Of a stretch of 64,000 bases of DNA, positions 50,801 through 64,000 are shown one piece after another. The stretch is taken from assembly GCA_002633005.1 (NCBI GenBank), contig NMRA01000275.1, forward strand, positions 407,682-471,681. Direction: 5' to 3'. Numbering within the stretch: position 1 is the first letter of the stretch; each line of letters begins with the position of its first letter. The position numbers were made by a program, and so were the translations under genes. Under the pieces are notes generated by a model that was not told the origin of the DNA, searched no databases, and worked only from the letters and a program-made list of their open reading frames with translations. The DNA is from Phoronis australis (Eukaryota > Animalia > Phoronida).

Positions 50801-53800
50801 ACATTCATGAATCACTTCGCTTATAGAATAGAAACTATACATTAAATTTTGTCCCAGAATTAAACATCTCACCCTCGTTGACCGCTCACTTTTGTGGCTG
50901 CCATTTTGTTAGGGTATACTAGTAAGATCCCAAGCATACTTTAAGAACACTCGTGTTTCACTTAATGTGATTGTGCATGGTCTTGTGTGATCTTGCTTTT
51001 TGGTGAGATTCATTATTGTCTACTCATCGCCGGATTTGAACATAGGGCTTAGCAGTGTTGCAGGCACAGCAGTATGTGTAACCAACTACACATAAGATGC
51101 TACTTTGCTCTGTGTTTTGTCAATGCTTCAGGGTGCTTCACTTGTCACTTTGCTTATGCGTGTATTGTTGGCATGTATGTGGAAATGATTAAAAAACCAC
51201 TACAGACAGATATAGTTGAGCTGGCTGCCTCTAGTGAATGAAAGCTGAGCTGACAGCTCTGGCCATGGCATGAAAATATGACAGCAATTCAATGAACAAA
51301 TGGTGAGTTCATTCAATATTCTCACCTTTACTTGAGCTGTCGGCTCAGCTATCATTCATTTAAGGTAGGATGCTCAGCTAATATCTCTCTGTCTACAGTG
51401 GACCTTAGCAAATTACCTACTTTATGAAAATTGGCTCAGAAAACAAATCTTGTGAGAAAATTTAGCTTGTTCTGTTGCAAAAGCTTGTTGCATATACTGT
51501 TTGCTATTTCATTATCTTTGCCAGGAGCCTTGGAAGGAGGTTATGTTTCATATTATTTTTATTGAATCATTTTGTGTGTTGCTATCTTGCACAATGTCAT
51601 ACTTTGAATATCAGGTCGGCCGAAAGTTAAAAAAACAGGTAGATATGGTAAGTTTACTGTGCACTCTATTCCTTGTTGAAGCATGCGCTGGTGTTTGTTG
51701 CTTTCAGTTGCTATGGTTACAGGTTTGCACTGACTCTTTTTGTTTAAAAATTTTGCTGTTTGTTCATTAAGTAATACGGAATTCACTCACTGAGGGAAGT
51801 CGTGGTGAATTTTGTTTTACTCATCCTCCATAGTGACTATGAAGTATTTTGTTTGGCCTGTTTTATTGTTAGGTTTCAAAAATTGGAAATTTAGTTGTGT
51901 TCTTAGCTAAAACAAAAAAACATAATTTTATTCAGAGCATCTGAAAAATTTAAAATCCAAGAGTGTTGCTGCCTTTAGTCTTCTTGAAATTCAGTGACTG
52001 TAGAGATATCTGAATGAATGTTTTCATACAAAACAGTCCAGTAGCTGTCAAAAAGCCTTTTTTCATTTTTTATTTCTTGAAAAGCTGCTGTGCCTTCCCC
52101 AATTTATACTGCTTGTCCAGTGCAATACATCTTTGAAAATATTTGTTAATACTATAATGTTAAGTTTGCATTAATAGTTCGGATTTTAGGCACCTTCAGA
52201 AAAATTTCTCAAGCTTATTAAGTAACATGAATAAGTCTCATTAACCTTCCAAATCGATACAGTAGTTCTGTCTGTTCTTAATCAATTGTAGTGGTAGGCA
52301 TTTCCCAGCATGCTCTCTTAAAGCCACATATGGTCAATTATAATTAGGTCACGCAAGTTCAAAATTGCCAAGTGGAACTGTTTAAACTCCTTGCAGTAAC
52401 TGAGCAATTAAGAAACTCCACTCTGCTGGCTCACCCTATATAAAATCCGCAACTTTTGGCAGTTTATAAGGTTAGGCTGTTTGTGGCTTTAAAGTTTAAC
52501 TGCATGATCGTTGAACATCCCTCCTGAACCTCTCGTGGTATCTCTATTTTAGTGCTACCTATGGCATAGACACCATGAATAGCTAAAAAGATCACTACCA
52601 CCTCTTGAATACCTATTCCCCCACCTCTTGCACCCTTGGTTCATTAATTGTTATTTCATATGGAAACTGTTTTTTGAAGGGAATTTTGACAGCTAGATCT
52701 TGACCCACTTGACATGAAATCTTTTTAAGAGGCAAAGTCGTGACTAAAAGGACTCCATAATTCTCAGTCCTGAAGTGGCAGGTTACTTTCACATTTTATT
52801 TTACAACTGTATTACCAGTGCATAAGAACAAAAAATAGATGAATTATTATGAATTTAGTGGTGGCAATATTGGCTGATAAGCTTTAGGATATTTTTGTCT
52901 ACATCTGACGTCCATTGTTTGCTGCTATCACAACTTCTTTTTGTCATGACAATTTCTTTTCTCAAAGGTTATAAGTGTCTTATATTATAAAGACTGGTGT
53001 CCAGCCTCATGGCCAGCCAAATTTCATTGACATTTGATCATTTTGTTTTCCCAATGTAAAATTTCCCACCACTGGATTCCAGCTTTATTGCATTCAGTCT
53101 GCATTTTGTAAATTATTACTGGTACCTCTTATGGAATGTATATGAGATGTACATGAGATGTACATGTTCACAGACTCTGGTGACAAGTAATAAGGCCAGA
53201 TTACTCCTAATTAGTTGCATTATTTGTGATTGAGGAAACTGAGGGAGTCATTTAGTTTTGTCGTTTACTGCCTTAATCTGAATTCAACAGAAATCAAAAA
53301 CAAATATCCTACTGTAATTCTGAAAGGCCCACATAGCATTGAACTGCGCAATTTTATCTTTATAAACTGTTCAGAGTAGCCAGCTCACATGCTTGGGACT
53401 GTCGTAATTCCTCCTCAGCAAGGTGCATGTGTTTGTTTGGCGGATGACATGCCATTTCACGCCTATACATGTCAAGCTGATGGTGCGCGCTGATTTTCCA
53501 AATGAACCAAGACTTTTGTTTTCAAGTTTTTGCCTTTTTGATGAATAAGCCTTCTCATATTTGTGACATTAGCGCTACGTACTATTTGCCTGGACTGTTA
53601 AACACCTCAAAATTCCCGACATCACGATCTGATCTAGAATCACATTCAATTAAACATGACAAACAAACCTATTGTGTTGATACACAATGCTGTGGTGGTA
53701 ATTAAGTGGGTCGAGCCTACAGCCACACAAAGGAATCAGCAGATGAAAGTTAAAGTCTGCGATTCTGTTTTTCTCCATTCGAGGTTTTTTGGGTGGTATT

Positions 53801-56800
53801 TCTTATAAAACACATTCATGAAAGACGTTGGTCAGTTGAACGTTGTTTGGTAATTAAATTTAGTATTTTTAAAATAGCATCAGGCATGCTGTTTACCATT
53901 ACTGCTGGATTACGTGAGCTTATTAGATGAACGCAGACAATGGGAGAGGTGGACTATGTAATCATTGGTTTGCCAAATTTCTCCCCTTGCTATCATCACT
54001 GTCAAACTGATAACGACATGGCTGTATCCCAAGTTTCCGATCATTGAAATTGGGAAACGCACCCCACTGCCATAACAAGATTTTCCACTTTATAATCCCT
54101 GAAGTAAATAAGTAGTAATTGCAGTAATTATGAGAGACTGAATGAGCTACAGTACTCTAAAGTAATCTAATATTCTGCGACTTTTCTTTGATTCAGATGT
54201 AGACAATCCTCAGGAGGTGTCGGCTGAGCAGCCTCGTTCTCAGATCATGAACATGGGTCCAAACATTGATCGTCTGTGGCCGTACACATGTGGCATCGTC
54301 AAAGGGAAGAATGTCAGCTGTATGTCATGGAACAAGTCCAACCCTGTAAGTAATACTCTTTTTTATTTTCGCTTAAGGTCATGCTGTGGACTGTTAGCTA
54401 GTAGGACTGCACTTATAGATTTTTTGCAAAGTCTCGACAGTCCATGAATGTTCATTTCACGCTGTTAGTAGATGAGGGGCTTGTAATTCTGGTCTCTCAA
54501 AACCTTGGGGTGGCTTGGGCAATCATATTGTGACAACAGTTTCAAATCAAATATGGAGAGAAATGCTCAAACATTTCACTTAGCATTTTTGTTGTTTTGT
54601 AAGTCATGATACCGATTATAAGAACATACAGCTACAGCGACAGTTGCTGACTCTTATCGCCTCTGAGAAACAAATTTTTGATTTAGGTTTCTTGTGAGGT
54701 GGTTAGTGGGATTAGAAAGAACTAATACAATATCCCGCCGCTGTTCTCAGTAGGGTCTTAAAAAACCTCAAAGTATGTAACTAACTTTGCTTTCAACAAA
54801 ACTTGTCTTACTGACATTTTGTCCTTGTAAACATTGAAAAGACAAATTTTAACACCACTGTTTTGTGCAGAAGCTCATCTCATGCTCTCACTCAAATGTA
54901 AATTATTTTCAATTCCAGGATTTGTTTGCTGTTGGATACGGACAGTATGAGTTCACTGGACAGAAGCCTGGCCTTGTCTGTTGCTGGTCCATCAAGAATC
55001 CAGAGGTAGCTGAAAAGTTTTCATGACGGTATAGTCCGTAGTGTCTAAACATAGGGGGAAAGAATGCTATCACAACCTGTCAGTGGTTATCACTGACATC
55101 CATCTCTGTTCCCTGATACCCAAACAAAAGAAGCTGGTCATAAAAGTCCAGGCACTGTGTTAAGTGCCTGTTAAATCCCAACTGGTGAGAAGCATCCATA
55201 TTTGCAGGCTAGGAAATGGGATGTGGCATGCAGTGATTAATCTTTTCCTCGATCAAATATGGCTTTACAGTGGAAAGGAGTCATGGTCTTAAACTACTTA
55301 GGAGGGAAACCTGTCACTGGATTTCTAACTAACTCCTGTGCATAACTCCTCTTGAACAACATATCTACTGCAGTACAAATTGAGGCCTTTTAAGTACCTG
55401 GGACACTGGTAAGACATAAAAATCAGTTTCATAGCAGGGCCATTGTTAAAATTGTGATGGCGTTATTGGAAACTGTTAAAATATTGAAATGCTGCTTTTT
55501 CTAATCTTTCAGTATCCGGAGCGGATCTTCAACTGCCATGCGGGGGTTACAGCCATAGACTTCTCTATAAGAAACCCCAACCTGCTTGCGGTATGTTGGA
55601 TTTCAGAGAGTTATTACAAGTTAATTGAAATATACCAAGTTATTGTTAGACAAATGCGGTGTGTTATTTTTGTTCATGGTTGTGACTTTTTTGTCCATGA
55701 TTTATAATACACTTCAACAATCGGTCAACCATGCAATGCCGTTATCTGTATAGATTGGCATTGTAATTTATGAAAAATACAATCATGATAACTAATTGCC
55801 GTGGTTAAAAGAGAGATTATTCAATATGAGTACAGCTTCTATATACAAAGTTAATTTTACATTGCTAATGATTGATAACAACTTGTGAATGAAAAAAGTA
55901 CTAGTTTATCAGTACATCTTTTTGAAAAGGTATTCATAGTTCTTGAACACATCAGGGCTGTAGGGGAGATATCTGTGGGGAATTCTACTTTCATCTGATC
56001 ATAGCCATGCAAGATTCATCCTCAACAGATATTTGCTAGCCAGTGATTACGTCACAACCTATCTGGTTTAATGTCAGTTTATCAACTCTGAGCATTGACA
56101 TCCTTTTGTTTGTCAATATAATGATGGCAACAAATTGTTTGATAGAGTAAAGGAAATTTGTTTTGACAGGGTTTAGCAATGGTAGACATTTTGTCAAATT
56201 TATGGCCTGTACTTCTCTGTGTTGATAGCTTGGATGTATAAAACTGTGCTGACAATGTTATCCTCTTTCTTGCCTGAACGTTGCTCCTCATATTCCTTAC
56301 ATCTATCTTGTTACTCCAGGTTGGCCTACATGATGGTACAGTGGCTGTCTACAATGTACGGCAGAACATCAGTGAACCAATCATTGACAACATGTAAGTA
56401 TTTATCATGGGTATATATTAATTCAGAGGCATGTCCTTATTTTGCGCAATGTTAATGTCCCACAGATTCTCGCAAAAAGGCCAGTTTTAACAATCATTTG
56501 ACTCAAACATGTTGTCATCAACAGATTTGTAGCATAGATTAACGTCAAAGTACAGTTAAAGTTGAAATAAAGCCAAAGACAAGAGTGAAAGTTGATGTGT
56601 TTGTTGATGTGCTATTGTTGTTTCAGTAAAAAGAGAATCAAAAGCTTTGGATTTTACTTTGTATGCATTCTTAAGATATTATTTGTACCTAATATACACA
56701 TACATTGTGTGTTATCAAAATCAATGAAATGGTGGGTGGTAGAGTAATGTCACGAGATGGTGTTGTTATCAAAAAAGCCACCCCCCTTTCTCTAACTTTC

Positions 56801-59800
56801 ACCTTTTTGTATTGTATCAACTAAACTGTTACAAAGAATGACATGCATTGTTGCCAGTTCTGTAGCTTGACACACATTCACTCAAACAAGTGCCTTGTAT
56901 ACAATGATGGCTGTTGCCAAGTCATTTGAAATCTGAGTGTTTCAGGATATTGATATGGATCAGTGTATCATAATTGTGTTTTTAACACTGTAAAACAGTG
57001 AATGCTCTAAAATATTTTTTAAATTCATGTCAAGTCCTGCTCTAAGCACGTAAATAAAAGCAAAATGTTCTTTGTATGACTTCCTTATGCATTGCATAGC
57101 TTTCCTCCGTCATTGCCTCATCCATTTTGCTAACTTTTGTACTTACCTGCCATGCTCGGCAATGTAATCTCGCCCCTTCTTTATACGCTTCTTCTGAGGC
57201 ACCCAAAGTTTTTTAATAATTATGGATATAGGACCAATGGCTTCCTGATCTGCTTACTCTGTAAATTACTCCTTGTGTGTTCTTGACCAAAATATGCATG
57301 TTTGTGTTTACTTAGTTTATTTCGTCATCCGGGAGAACTTAATGATGACTAAAACTATTTTTTTATTGAAGTTCTTACTCATTCCGTAGCTTCTCTGTCC
57401 CTTTTAGTTGTTCAGTAGTAGCAACTACACAAGAGTTGTTACTATGTGCCGTTATATAAATGTGGGTGCATGTTGCCTTGATCTCTGCACGGATTGACGG
57501 GCATCTGGACCGGAATCTGTGGCCTGTTTCTCGATGAGTCTACTGGTTTTTGGCTTTTGACTTTCAGCCAAAAATCAGTCTATGGATAGCTTGTTTTACA
57601 AAGCAGGCTAAGGCTGAAAGTTAGAAAGTCTGTCTACAACTCGAAGTCAAAAGATAGAAATCCTGTCAGCAGACAAATAACATTTTAAGAAACGCAAGAG
57701 ACAAAAACCCCAACTTTTGTCTATTCGTGGTCATATTTTTGAGGTGCTATATCTACCTGCCATGTTCTGGGATGGTAACAATATTAGCGTATCTGTCTAT
57801 ATATACATTAAAGAACCATACTGTGTCTTATTGAAATTTGGGGTTTTCATTGGAATATGCATGATTCTGGGATGATCAGTTATTGATAATGCTCTGAATT
57901 CACATTAAGCGAACCTTTTCAAGGAGTTAAGATATTAGACCTGATTGTTCGGTAAGACTGACAGGAATTGTTGTGCATTTTTTAATTTATTTTTGAGATA
58001 TTTTGCACTGTGTGTTATTTTACTGGAGGCAAGTGGACATTATTGCACATTTTACATTTCTATTTGTTTTGGATGTTTGCGTGACTTGTTTGATGTGAAT
58101 ATCTGGTCACTCTGCACTTGAGCCATATCACCATAACCACATGTGGATCTAAGGTGTCACAAGAGGGCGCCCAGCCTCACACTTGTTCGGATAACATTGC
58201 ATGCCAGCAGTGTTTTTGGTTGTGTTTAGATGGGGGAGTGGGGCAGGCCATGGACCTCTTGAGCACACTGTATATCTGCTTGTGGCAACTGCAAAGAAAG
58301 ATCACATGGACTTCTCCAACACGAGTAATTTTTCTTCAATATGTCACAATTACTTAAACCTAAACATTTTTGTTTGCAAATCTGATAGTTCTGTTCGGGG
58401 AACCTAAGTTTGTACTCGTCACTTTTGTTGCTTTTGCCTTGAAGTGAATTATGAGTATTTTGTCGGTTTGGTCATTTGCTTGACAATGCGTTGTTGTGGT
58501 ATGTTAAAAAACTTACAGCCATTTGAATACTAATTTAACAAACTAAGGTACGAATTGTCTCTCATGCCTAAAGTGGGGTAAAAGTTGCCAATTTTTGTGA
58601 ATTTTTGGTGTGCGCATTCGTCATGCTATTACCAGTCTAGGAACCAGTTCGTAGTGCCAGTGTGCAATATATTGTTTTTGGAGGTAAGGTCTCCACCACT
58701 GTTTATAGTAACCTGTTGTTATCTTCATGAGGGATCTGTTCACCTTGGATAATGTCTCCATGAGGGAGTAAGTACCTGTAACTAGGCTATCTCAACTTTA
58801 CCATATTAACACAGCTACCTAGAAACCCTGGCTCTGGTGGTGACTCGGCATCAATTATGGACAGTGTTAACAGGCAATCTTTTCGCAAGTTTGTAAAATG
58901 CGCTCGATTACGGTAATATATTGATGGCTTAATTCACGGGTGAACTAAAAGGATTTTGTTCAAAATGCTCCATATTTTTGTTTTGTAAAAATGAGACTGA
59001 GTGCCTCTTATTGAAAAAATGAAATCTGGCCACCCATAATTGAGCGTCAATGAAAATCATCATATTCTTGCCAACAATTATTCGATTCACGTATGCCATC
59101 CTTTACATTAATGTCCTAGTATTGTTAGCATTTTATAAAGTATTTGACTTTTCTGTTAACACTGACCATGAAGGTGTCTCCTGCAATCTATTTATTAATG
59201 TTTCATGTGAACTCAAATACGATCACCTTTGTTTATCCTCTTGACTCACTGTAAGCTATTTCATTGTATCAGTTCCTGTCTATAAACTAAGCTACTATAA
59301 TAATCTTAACCTTGATGAGGTAAATGGATTTCCTATCAGCTGTTGTAAAACATAACACAGAAAAGTGTTTATTTGTGGCATCTAAAAACTGCCTGAGGTA
59401 AAGTCTCACCAATTTAGAGCACATTGTGACGAACAAGTGAAATCTTATTTATTTCATTCTTCCAATCCGTAAACGATGTGTTGCATTAAAATGAGCTATT
59501 ATCAGACAATATTTTTAAAAAATTCGACATTCACAACTATATTAGAAGCTTTTTGAAATGTAAAAAAATATATTTATTTTTGTCTGAGATTGTTGAGATT
59601 TCACCATAACTTGCAAATAATGTTTCAAGTAATAAATTGTTGGCTTTTTGCTGTTAAGTGCTGACAGATGCTGCATTTTGCAAACCACTCACCAATGCTT
59701 TTGTACAGTAGACTGCCTGACATGTAGTTACATTTGCTTAATGAGTTCTAGGTTTGAGAAATTAGGTTTTGTGTGGGTTGTGTCAGTGTGAAACATTAGT

Positions 59801-62800
59801 TGTATTTAGAATATGTTTCATTTATAAATTTTGTGTTGGACTTGAATAACAATTATTACTCTTTTACTATTCAAGGTGGCTGCCAGATGCCATCTTAGAT
59901 AAAGCTTGTTTACTCATAACTGGCTGCATTTCAGTGTAAATTTGACAAAAATGGAAAGCAAAAAATGTGTTGGTTGCATAAGATATTGAAACGACAGGGG
60001 AAGCATTGCACAAGTCATTGGCAAATGGAAAATGAATGAAGTGTAGAAAAAGCAAATGCAAACTTATGGAGTAATCCATTGTTTTGTAAATTTATAATAA
60101 TATAATTTTGGTAATTATTTATAATTAGTTCATCTTTTTAGCTAAATATCACGCTATAAAATATGTTTCCTACTGTTAAGCATTTGTACGTAATTACAAA
60201 TTCCTGATATTTAGTTGCTTGGCATGTGTTTGTGACATGTGTGTGATGTATTGTGAGCTAGTGTGGCCAGTGTCTTATCAATGTTAGAATTTACTTTTCA
60301 TTAACTAAGCAAAACATTCACTTTTTCAACTAAATTATAACACTACACATATTTAGGAAATCTGGTATTTACGAAACTAAAAACGTTGCAGGCGGTCCTA
60401 TGCTTGAATTTCATCACACATACATAGGTCACAAAGGTTGGGTGCATCACACATACATAGGTCACAAGTGTTGGGCCCATCACCCATACATAGGCCACAA
60501 AGGTTGGGCCTATCACACATACATAGGTCACAAAGGTTGGGTGCATCACACATACATAGGTCACAAGTGTTGGGCCCATCACCCATACATAGGCCACAAA
60601 GGTTGGGTGCATCACACATACATAGGTCACAAGTGTTGGGCCCATCACCCATACATAGGCCACAAAGGTTGGGCCCATCACACATACATAGGTCACAAAG
60701 GTTGGGCCCATCACACATACATTGGCCACAAAGGTTGGACCCATCACACATACATAGGCCACAAAGGTTGGACCCATCACACATACATAGGTCAAAAAGC
60801 TTGGGCCCATCACACATACATAGGTAAAAAGGCTTGGGCCCATCACACAATTTAATTAAATAGCAAGCTATTTAGAAAATTGGCTGCCATGTAATGGAAT
60901 AGCAAGTTATTTGTGAATATCAGGAATTTATAATGAAGTACAAAATCAATGTTAAATAGCATAATATAACTTGTTCATTTACTAAATAATGGAACTATTT
61001 ATAAACAACAAGAATTTTCAAATAGATTCACAAATGGTACCCCATATGAACAATGATAATAGTCTTTTAATAAATGTTATCAGTTCCTTCTTTGGCAGTC
61101 TATGCTATAGTAAATTACCTTCAGTTTCACAGGTGTACTGTTCCAAGCATCTGCAAATTTGTCACGGTTGACTGCTTACATCTCTATACTTTGCTCTGTA
61201 TGTATATAGCCTCCATACCAGATGCTTGTTGCACAGAGAATGCTACTGCATGCTTACAATCTGTTCTTTTTGCATGTTGATCTCTTTCTAATTTTTATTT
61301 TTTTCACATTGAAATTCCACGAATGTCTGTCATAAGTATTTTTGTGTTTTAGAATTGATCACAAACATAATTTATATTATCAGTGATCAAATAGAATCAT
61401 GTGCTTCATTGGAACTTGAAAGTTTCAATTTTGGGCTTCAGGAAGAAAGGAGTTGGCACTGTCATGTAAATCAAGTTTTAATTCAAAGTTAGTTCTTTGG
61501 GTATTGAGCATTTTAAGTATTGTACTGTCATTAAATTGCTTCATAGTCATTGCATGATTTCAGAGAATCAACAGGTAAACACACAGGCCCTGTCTGGCAG
61601 CTGAAGTGGATTGAGAAGATGGGTGGGTCAGATGGTGACCGCACTGAGGTGTTAATATCGGTGTCAACAGATGGCAGGGTGACTCAGTGGATGATTAGGA
61701 AGGGATTCGAGTGTAGTGGTAGGTCTGCAGATTGTGAACATAGTTTTGTTCCACAACCACTTTCTGTGAGCATATTGTTTACGTGAGCCATAAAGTATGA
61801 ATTATGGTAAAATTATACCTGTTCAGGGCGCAATGTGGAAGACGGGTCACATTTTTATTTTCTCCTTTTCATACACAATATGTAGCTGGGAAGTTTTACT
61901 TTGCCATTTTTACTTTCGCTACTGTAACTACCAACAGACAGCATTGTGAAAAAACTGCGGGCATTCTCAATAATGTCAAAAGCTTTTGAAAAATGAAAAA
62001 GTCATTTTTAGCAATTAGTCTTGTACAACAGTTATGGGCAAAGTGAACTAAAATAAGATGAGTGCAAATTTAGCCTATTTATGTTTTAATCAATCAAATG
62101 TTGACTTTGGAAAATGGTTTACTGTGGAGCCAAATAATTGAATTTAAGGTCATATTGGATTCCAGTTAGTGTGAACAAATGTCAGAAAGTCAATTTCCAT
62201 TAATCCCATGTAACCTGCATATTGTTACGATTTATTGTCATATTTTCTGATGTTGCCATTTAAAAAATCAGCAAAATTGATTCCCACCTGCTTAATATTA
62301 GCATGCGTACATTCACTTTTCCATCTAACAAAGTTAACTTAATTCGGTTTTGATGAATTCAGTGCTGGGGGGAGGGGGGGTTAACAGTCAGTCATTTCCT
62401 GTTTAGCTATCCTACTCTCAGATTACACACAGAGCATGATCAGCTTGCAAGAGTGGTTACGATTGCTGCTGAGCCAGAACCCACTTAATAGACTATTCCG
62501 CTTTATTATCATAATTTACGACGAAACCTAAGGTATCACATTAACCATACTCCACTGTAATACATTTTCATTAATTGCTTATACTGTCTTGTTGCAGATC
62601 TGATGAAGCTGAAGAGGATCCAGACAAAACAACCCGGTAAAAAGCATGAGAAGCGTGGAGATGCGCTCATCTCAAGACTGGCAGGCGGACTCTCATTTGA
62701 TTTCAACATTAGGGATTCTAATATGTAAGCTTTTTGTAGGACAGGCACAATGGTTATACAGTAAACCTTCCTGCTATAGGATGTAAAAAATCAGTAAAAA

Positions 62801-63287
62801 ATTTTGAATTTCTCCATTTCTGATTTAAGTGAGGGCCAGATGGCCTTTGTGAAACTATTTAGATAACATTAATGTGTCTATGAACATTGCTTCACCTTCT
62901 TTAACACGTCATTTTTGCCATTTTAAAACATCCGTTAATAGCAATGTATGTTGCAATAATTGTAAATTCAGTTTTACAAAAATGTGAAACTGACCATTTC
63001 ATTAACAAAAATTATTATTGTCAACAAAATAAATATTACAAAGTAATGTCTCAAAATGGCTAATTAGTCAAACTCCTCTAAACTTTAGTCATGTGGTATG
63101 TTGTTGCTTTGTTTGTGGATACGAATATTTCTGTTATGTTTCGAAATAGCTGATATATCAGTCTCTTCTAATTTTTAAGTCTTGGTATATTCATTGTAGA
63201 TATATAGCTGGTACAGAGGAAGGTCACATTCACAAGTGTTCATGTTCGTACAATGAACAGTTTCTGGATACATACTCCGGTCATGGG
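35862..63287 (+). CDS. DNAI4: Dynein axonemal intermediate chain 4 (WD repeat protein 78), 5' part; gene continues past the window
   Basis: In-frame exons 35862-35902, 36903-37083, 37510-37629, 38704-38786, 41054-41151, 43953-44134, 44660-44767, 45145-45217, 46393-46563, (47330-47356), 49329-49432, 50501-50603, (51615-51647), 54197-54345, 54919-55005, 55513-55590, 56320-56393, 61564-61718, 62598-62724, 63200-63287. WDR78-type motifs [90 protein letters not shown]. Confidence 0.93.
37510..37629 (+). CDS. DNAI4: DNAI4 exon
   Basis: [19 protein letters not shown]..., AG/GT boundaries. Confidence 0.85.
39963..40192. repeat. 18-bp minisatellite (CAATATCATCCTCGGGTA)n, about 13 units with some 15-bp variants
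   Basis: Tandem units visible directly; intronic in DNAI4. Confidence 0.95.
41592..41730. repeat. Degenerate 21-bp tandem repeat (GACTACCAATGTAGTAGACAT)
   Basis: About 6 diverged units. Confidence 0.8.
42006..43648 (+). mobile_element. Helentron-associated (HINE/DINE-1-like) non-autonomous element with internal 400-bp tandem repeats
   Basis: 5' subTIR ATGCACCCAC (42012) with nearby partial IR GTGGACGCAT. (GTCC)n microsatellite at 42053-42075. About 3.5 diverged tandem units. 3' subTIR GTGGGCGCAT (43613) followed by hairpin CAACGC-TCT-GTGTTG and a T-rich end. Confidence 0.72.
43953..44134 (+). CDS. DNAI4: DNAI4 exon
   Basis: [36 protein letters not shown]. Confidence 0.9.
44660..44767 (+). 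CDS. DNAI4: DNAI4 exon
   Basis: [30 protein letters not shown]. Confidence 0.9.
45780..45984. mobile_element. MITE (PIF/Harbinger-like ends); second, largely inverted copy at about 57520-57725
   Basis: TIRs GGCCTGTTTCTTGAAGAGTCTAT / ATAGACTCTTCGAGAAACAACC. Internal GTTGTAGACAGA..TTTCTAA is the reverse complement of 57620-57640. Confidence 0.7.
49078..49133. repeat. (GT)n microsatellite
   Basis: Imperfect GT run. Confidence 0.9.
50501..50603 (+). CDS. DNAI4: DNAI4 exon
   Basis: [30 protein letters not shown]. Confidence 0.9.
54197..54345 (+). CDS. DNAI4: DNAI4 exon (start of WD40 region)
   Basis: [29 protein letters not shown]. Confidence 0.9.
54919..55005 (+). CDS. DNAI4: DNAI4 exon
   Basis: [29 protein letters not shown]. 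Confidence 0.92.
55513..55590 (+). CDS. DNAI4: DNAI4 exon
   Basis: [26 protein letters not shown]. Confidence 0.92.
56320..56393 (+). CDS. DNAI4: DNAI4 exon
   Basis: [15 protein letters not shown]. Confidence 0.9.
60412..60849. repeat. 33-bp minisatellite (CATCACACATACATAGGTCACAAAGGTTGGGCC)n, about 13 units
   Basis: Tandem units visible directly; 11-aa periodicity in the ORF track. Confidence 0.95.
61564..61718 (+). CDS. DNAI4: DNAI4 exon
   Basis: [35 protein letters not shown]. Confidence 0.92.
62598..62724 (+). CDS. DNAI4: DNAI4 exon
   Basis: [22 protein letters not shown]. Confidence 0.9.
63200..63287 (+). CDS. DNAI4: DNAI4 exon
   Basis: [28 protein letters not shown]. Confidence 0.92.
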
Positions 63288-63702
63288 GTGAGTGCCTTAT
63301 TTCATAGTCAACATAAAGATAATACCGAACATTTGAAACACTGATTTCGATTTTAACAATCCATGAAATGTTCAGAAGCTCGGGGAGTTCCAAACGTTTT
63401 AGTGAATTTGTAAATTTTCTTTTTGACACAAAATTTTCTGCAACTCCTTTTGCAGGTAATAGAAAACGGATCTCTGCGAAAAATTATTGTTTCAAAAAAT
63501 ACAGTCATTCGTCTACAGCTGTCTATTACTGTCATGTGCATTATACAATGTTTCTATTACTATCAAGGATTTGAAAATAAATGGTTTCTTGAGTTAAAAT
63601 TTAGTATTTAAAAATGGATAATGTGCCCTTTGCCAACCAAGATGGCTGTAGGTTCCGTGACTTAGCTTTTGCAACCTGCTTATAGTAGAAGTTTTTCTTA
63701 TA

Positions 63703-63833
63703 GTGTAGAGGCTATGTTGAACCATAGTGCCTTATGTTGTAGAGGCTATGTTGAACCATAGTGCCTTATGTTGTAGAGGCTATGTTGAACCATAGTGCCT
63801 TATGGTGTACATGCTATCTTGAAGCATAGTGCC
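63703..63833. repeat. 34-bp tandem repeat, about 4 units
   Basis: GCTATGTTGAACCATAGTGCCTTATGTTGTAGAG recurs at 63711, 63745 and 63779. Confidence 0.9.
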
Positions 63834-64000
63834 ATGCGGTTGAACACAGCGACTTTTCTGAAAACATTGTGGCTGACAACTATTGAATATTAAAGTGACT
63901 ATAGTCATGTGGCCCAGTTGCCTCGGTCATATGAGTGACTTGTTTTGCTGTTAGGAAATGACCTGTGAGTGAAGAAATGGTGAGGAAGTATGAAAAAGGG

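Noticed and set aside
60343-60855. Cys-rich (metallothionein-like) and His-rich ORFs
   Set aside because: Four overlapping ORFs on both strands come from a stop-free 33-bp intronic minisatellite; no independent gene signals.

Overview
Eukaryotic (invertebrate animal, probably lophotrochozoan) genomic DNA with three parts. (1) 1-14.5 kb is a dense nest of decayed transposons: at least five Ty3/Gypsy internal pieces, two solo LTRs and a CACTA/EnSpm fragment. The insertion order can be rebuilt from target-site duplications, and every coding fragment lies on the minus strand. (2) About 20.2-32.4 kb is a complete 10-exon MIER1-like ELM2-SANT chromatin gene on the minus strand (about 515 aa), with a GC-AG intron inside the SANT domain. 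(3) 35.9 kb to the window end is the 5' part of DNAI4/WDR78 (axonemal dynein intermediate chain) on the plus strand, head-to-head with MIER as in human. The 3.4 kb between the two genes is CpG-rich and holds a hairpin-rich ncRNA candidate. Introns carry MITEs, a Helentron-like (HINE) element with CTCF-like motifs, and minisatellites. Exons and junctions were read by hand and no database searches were run.
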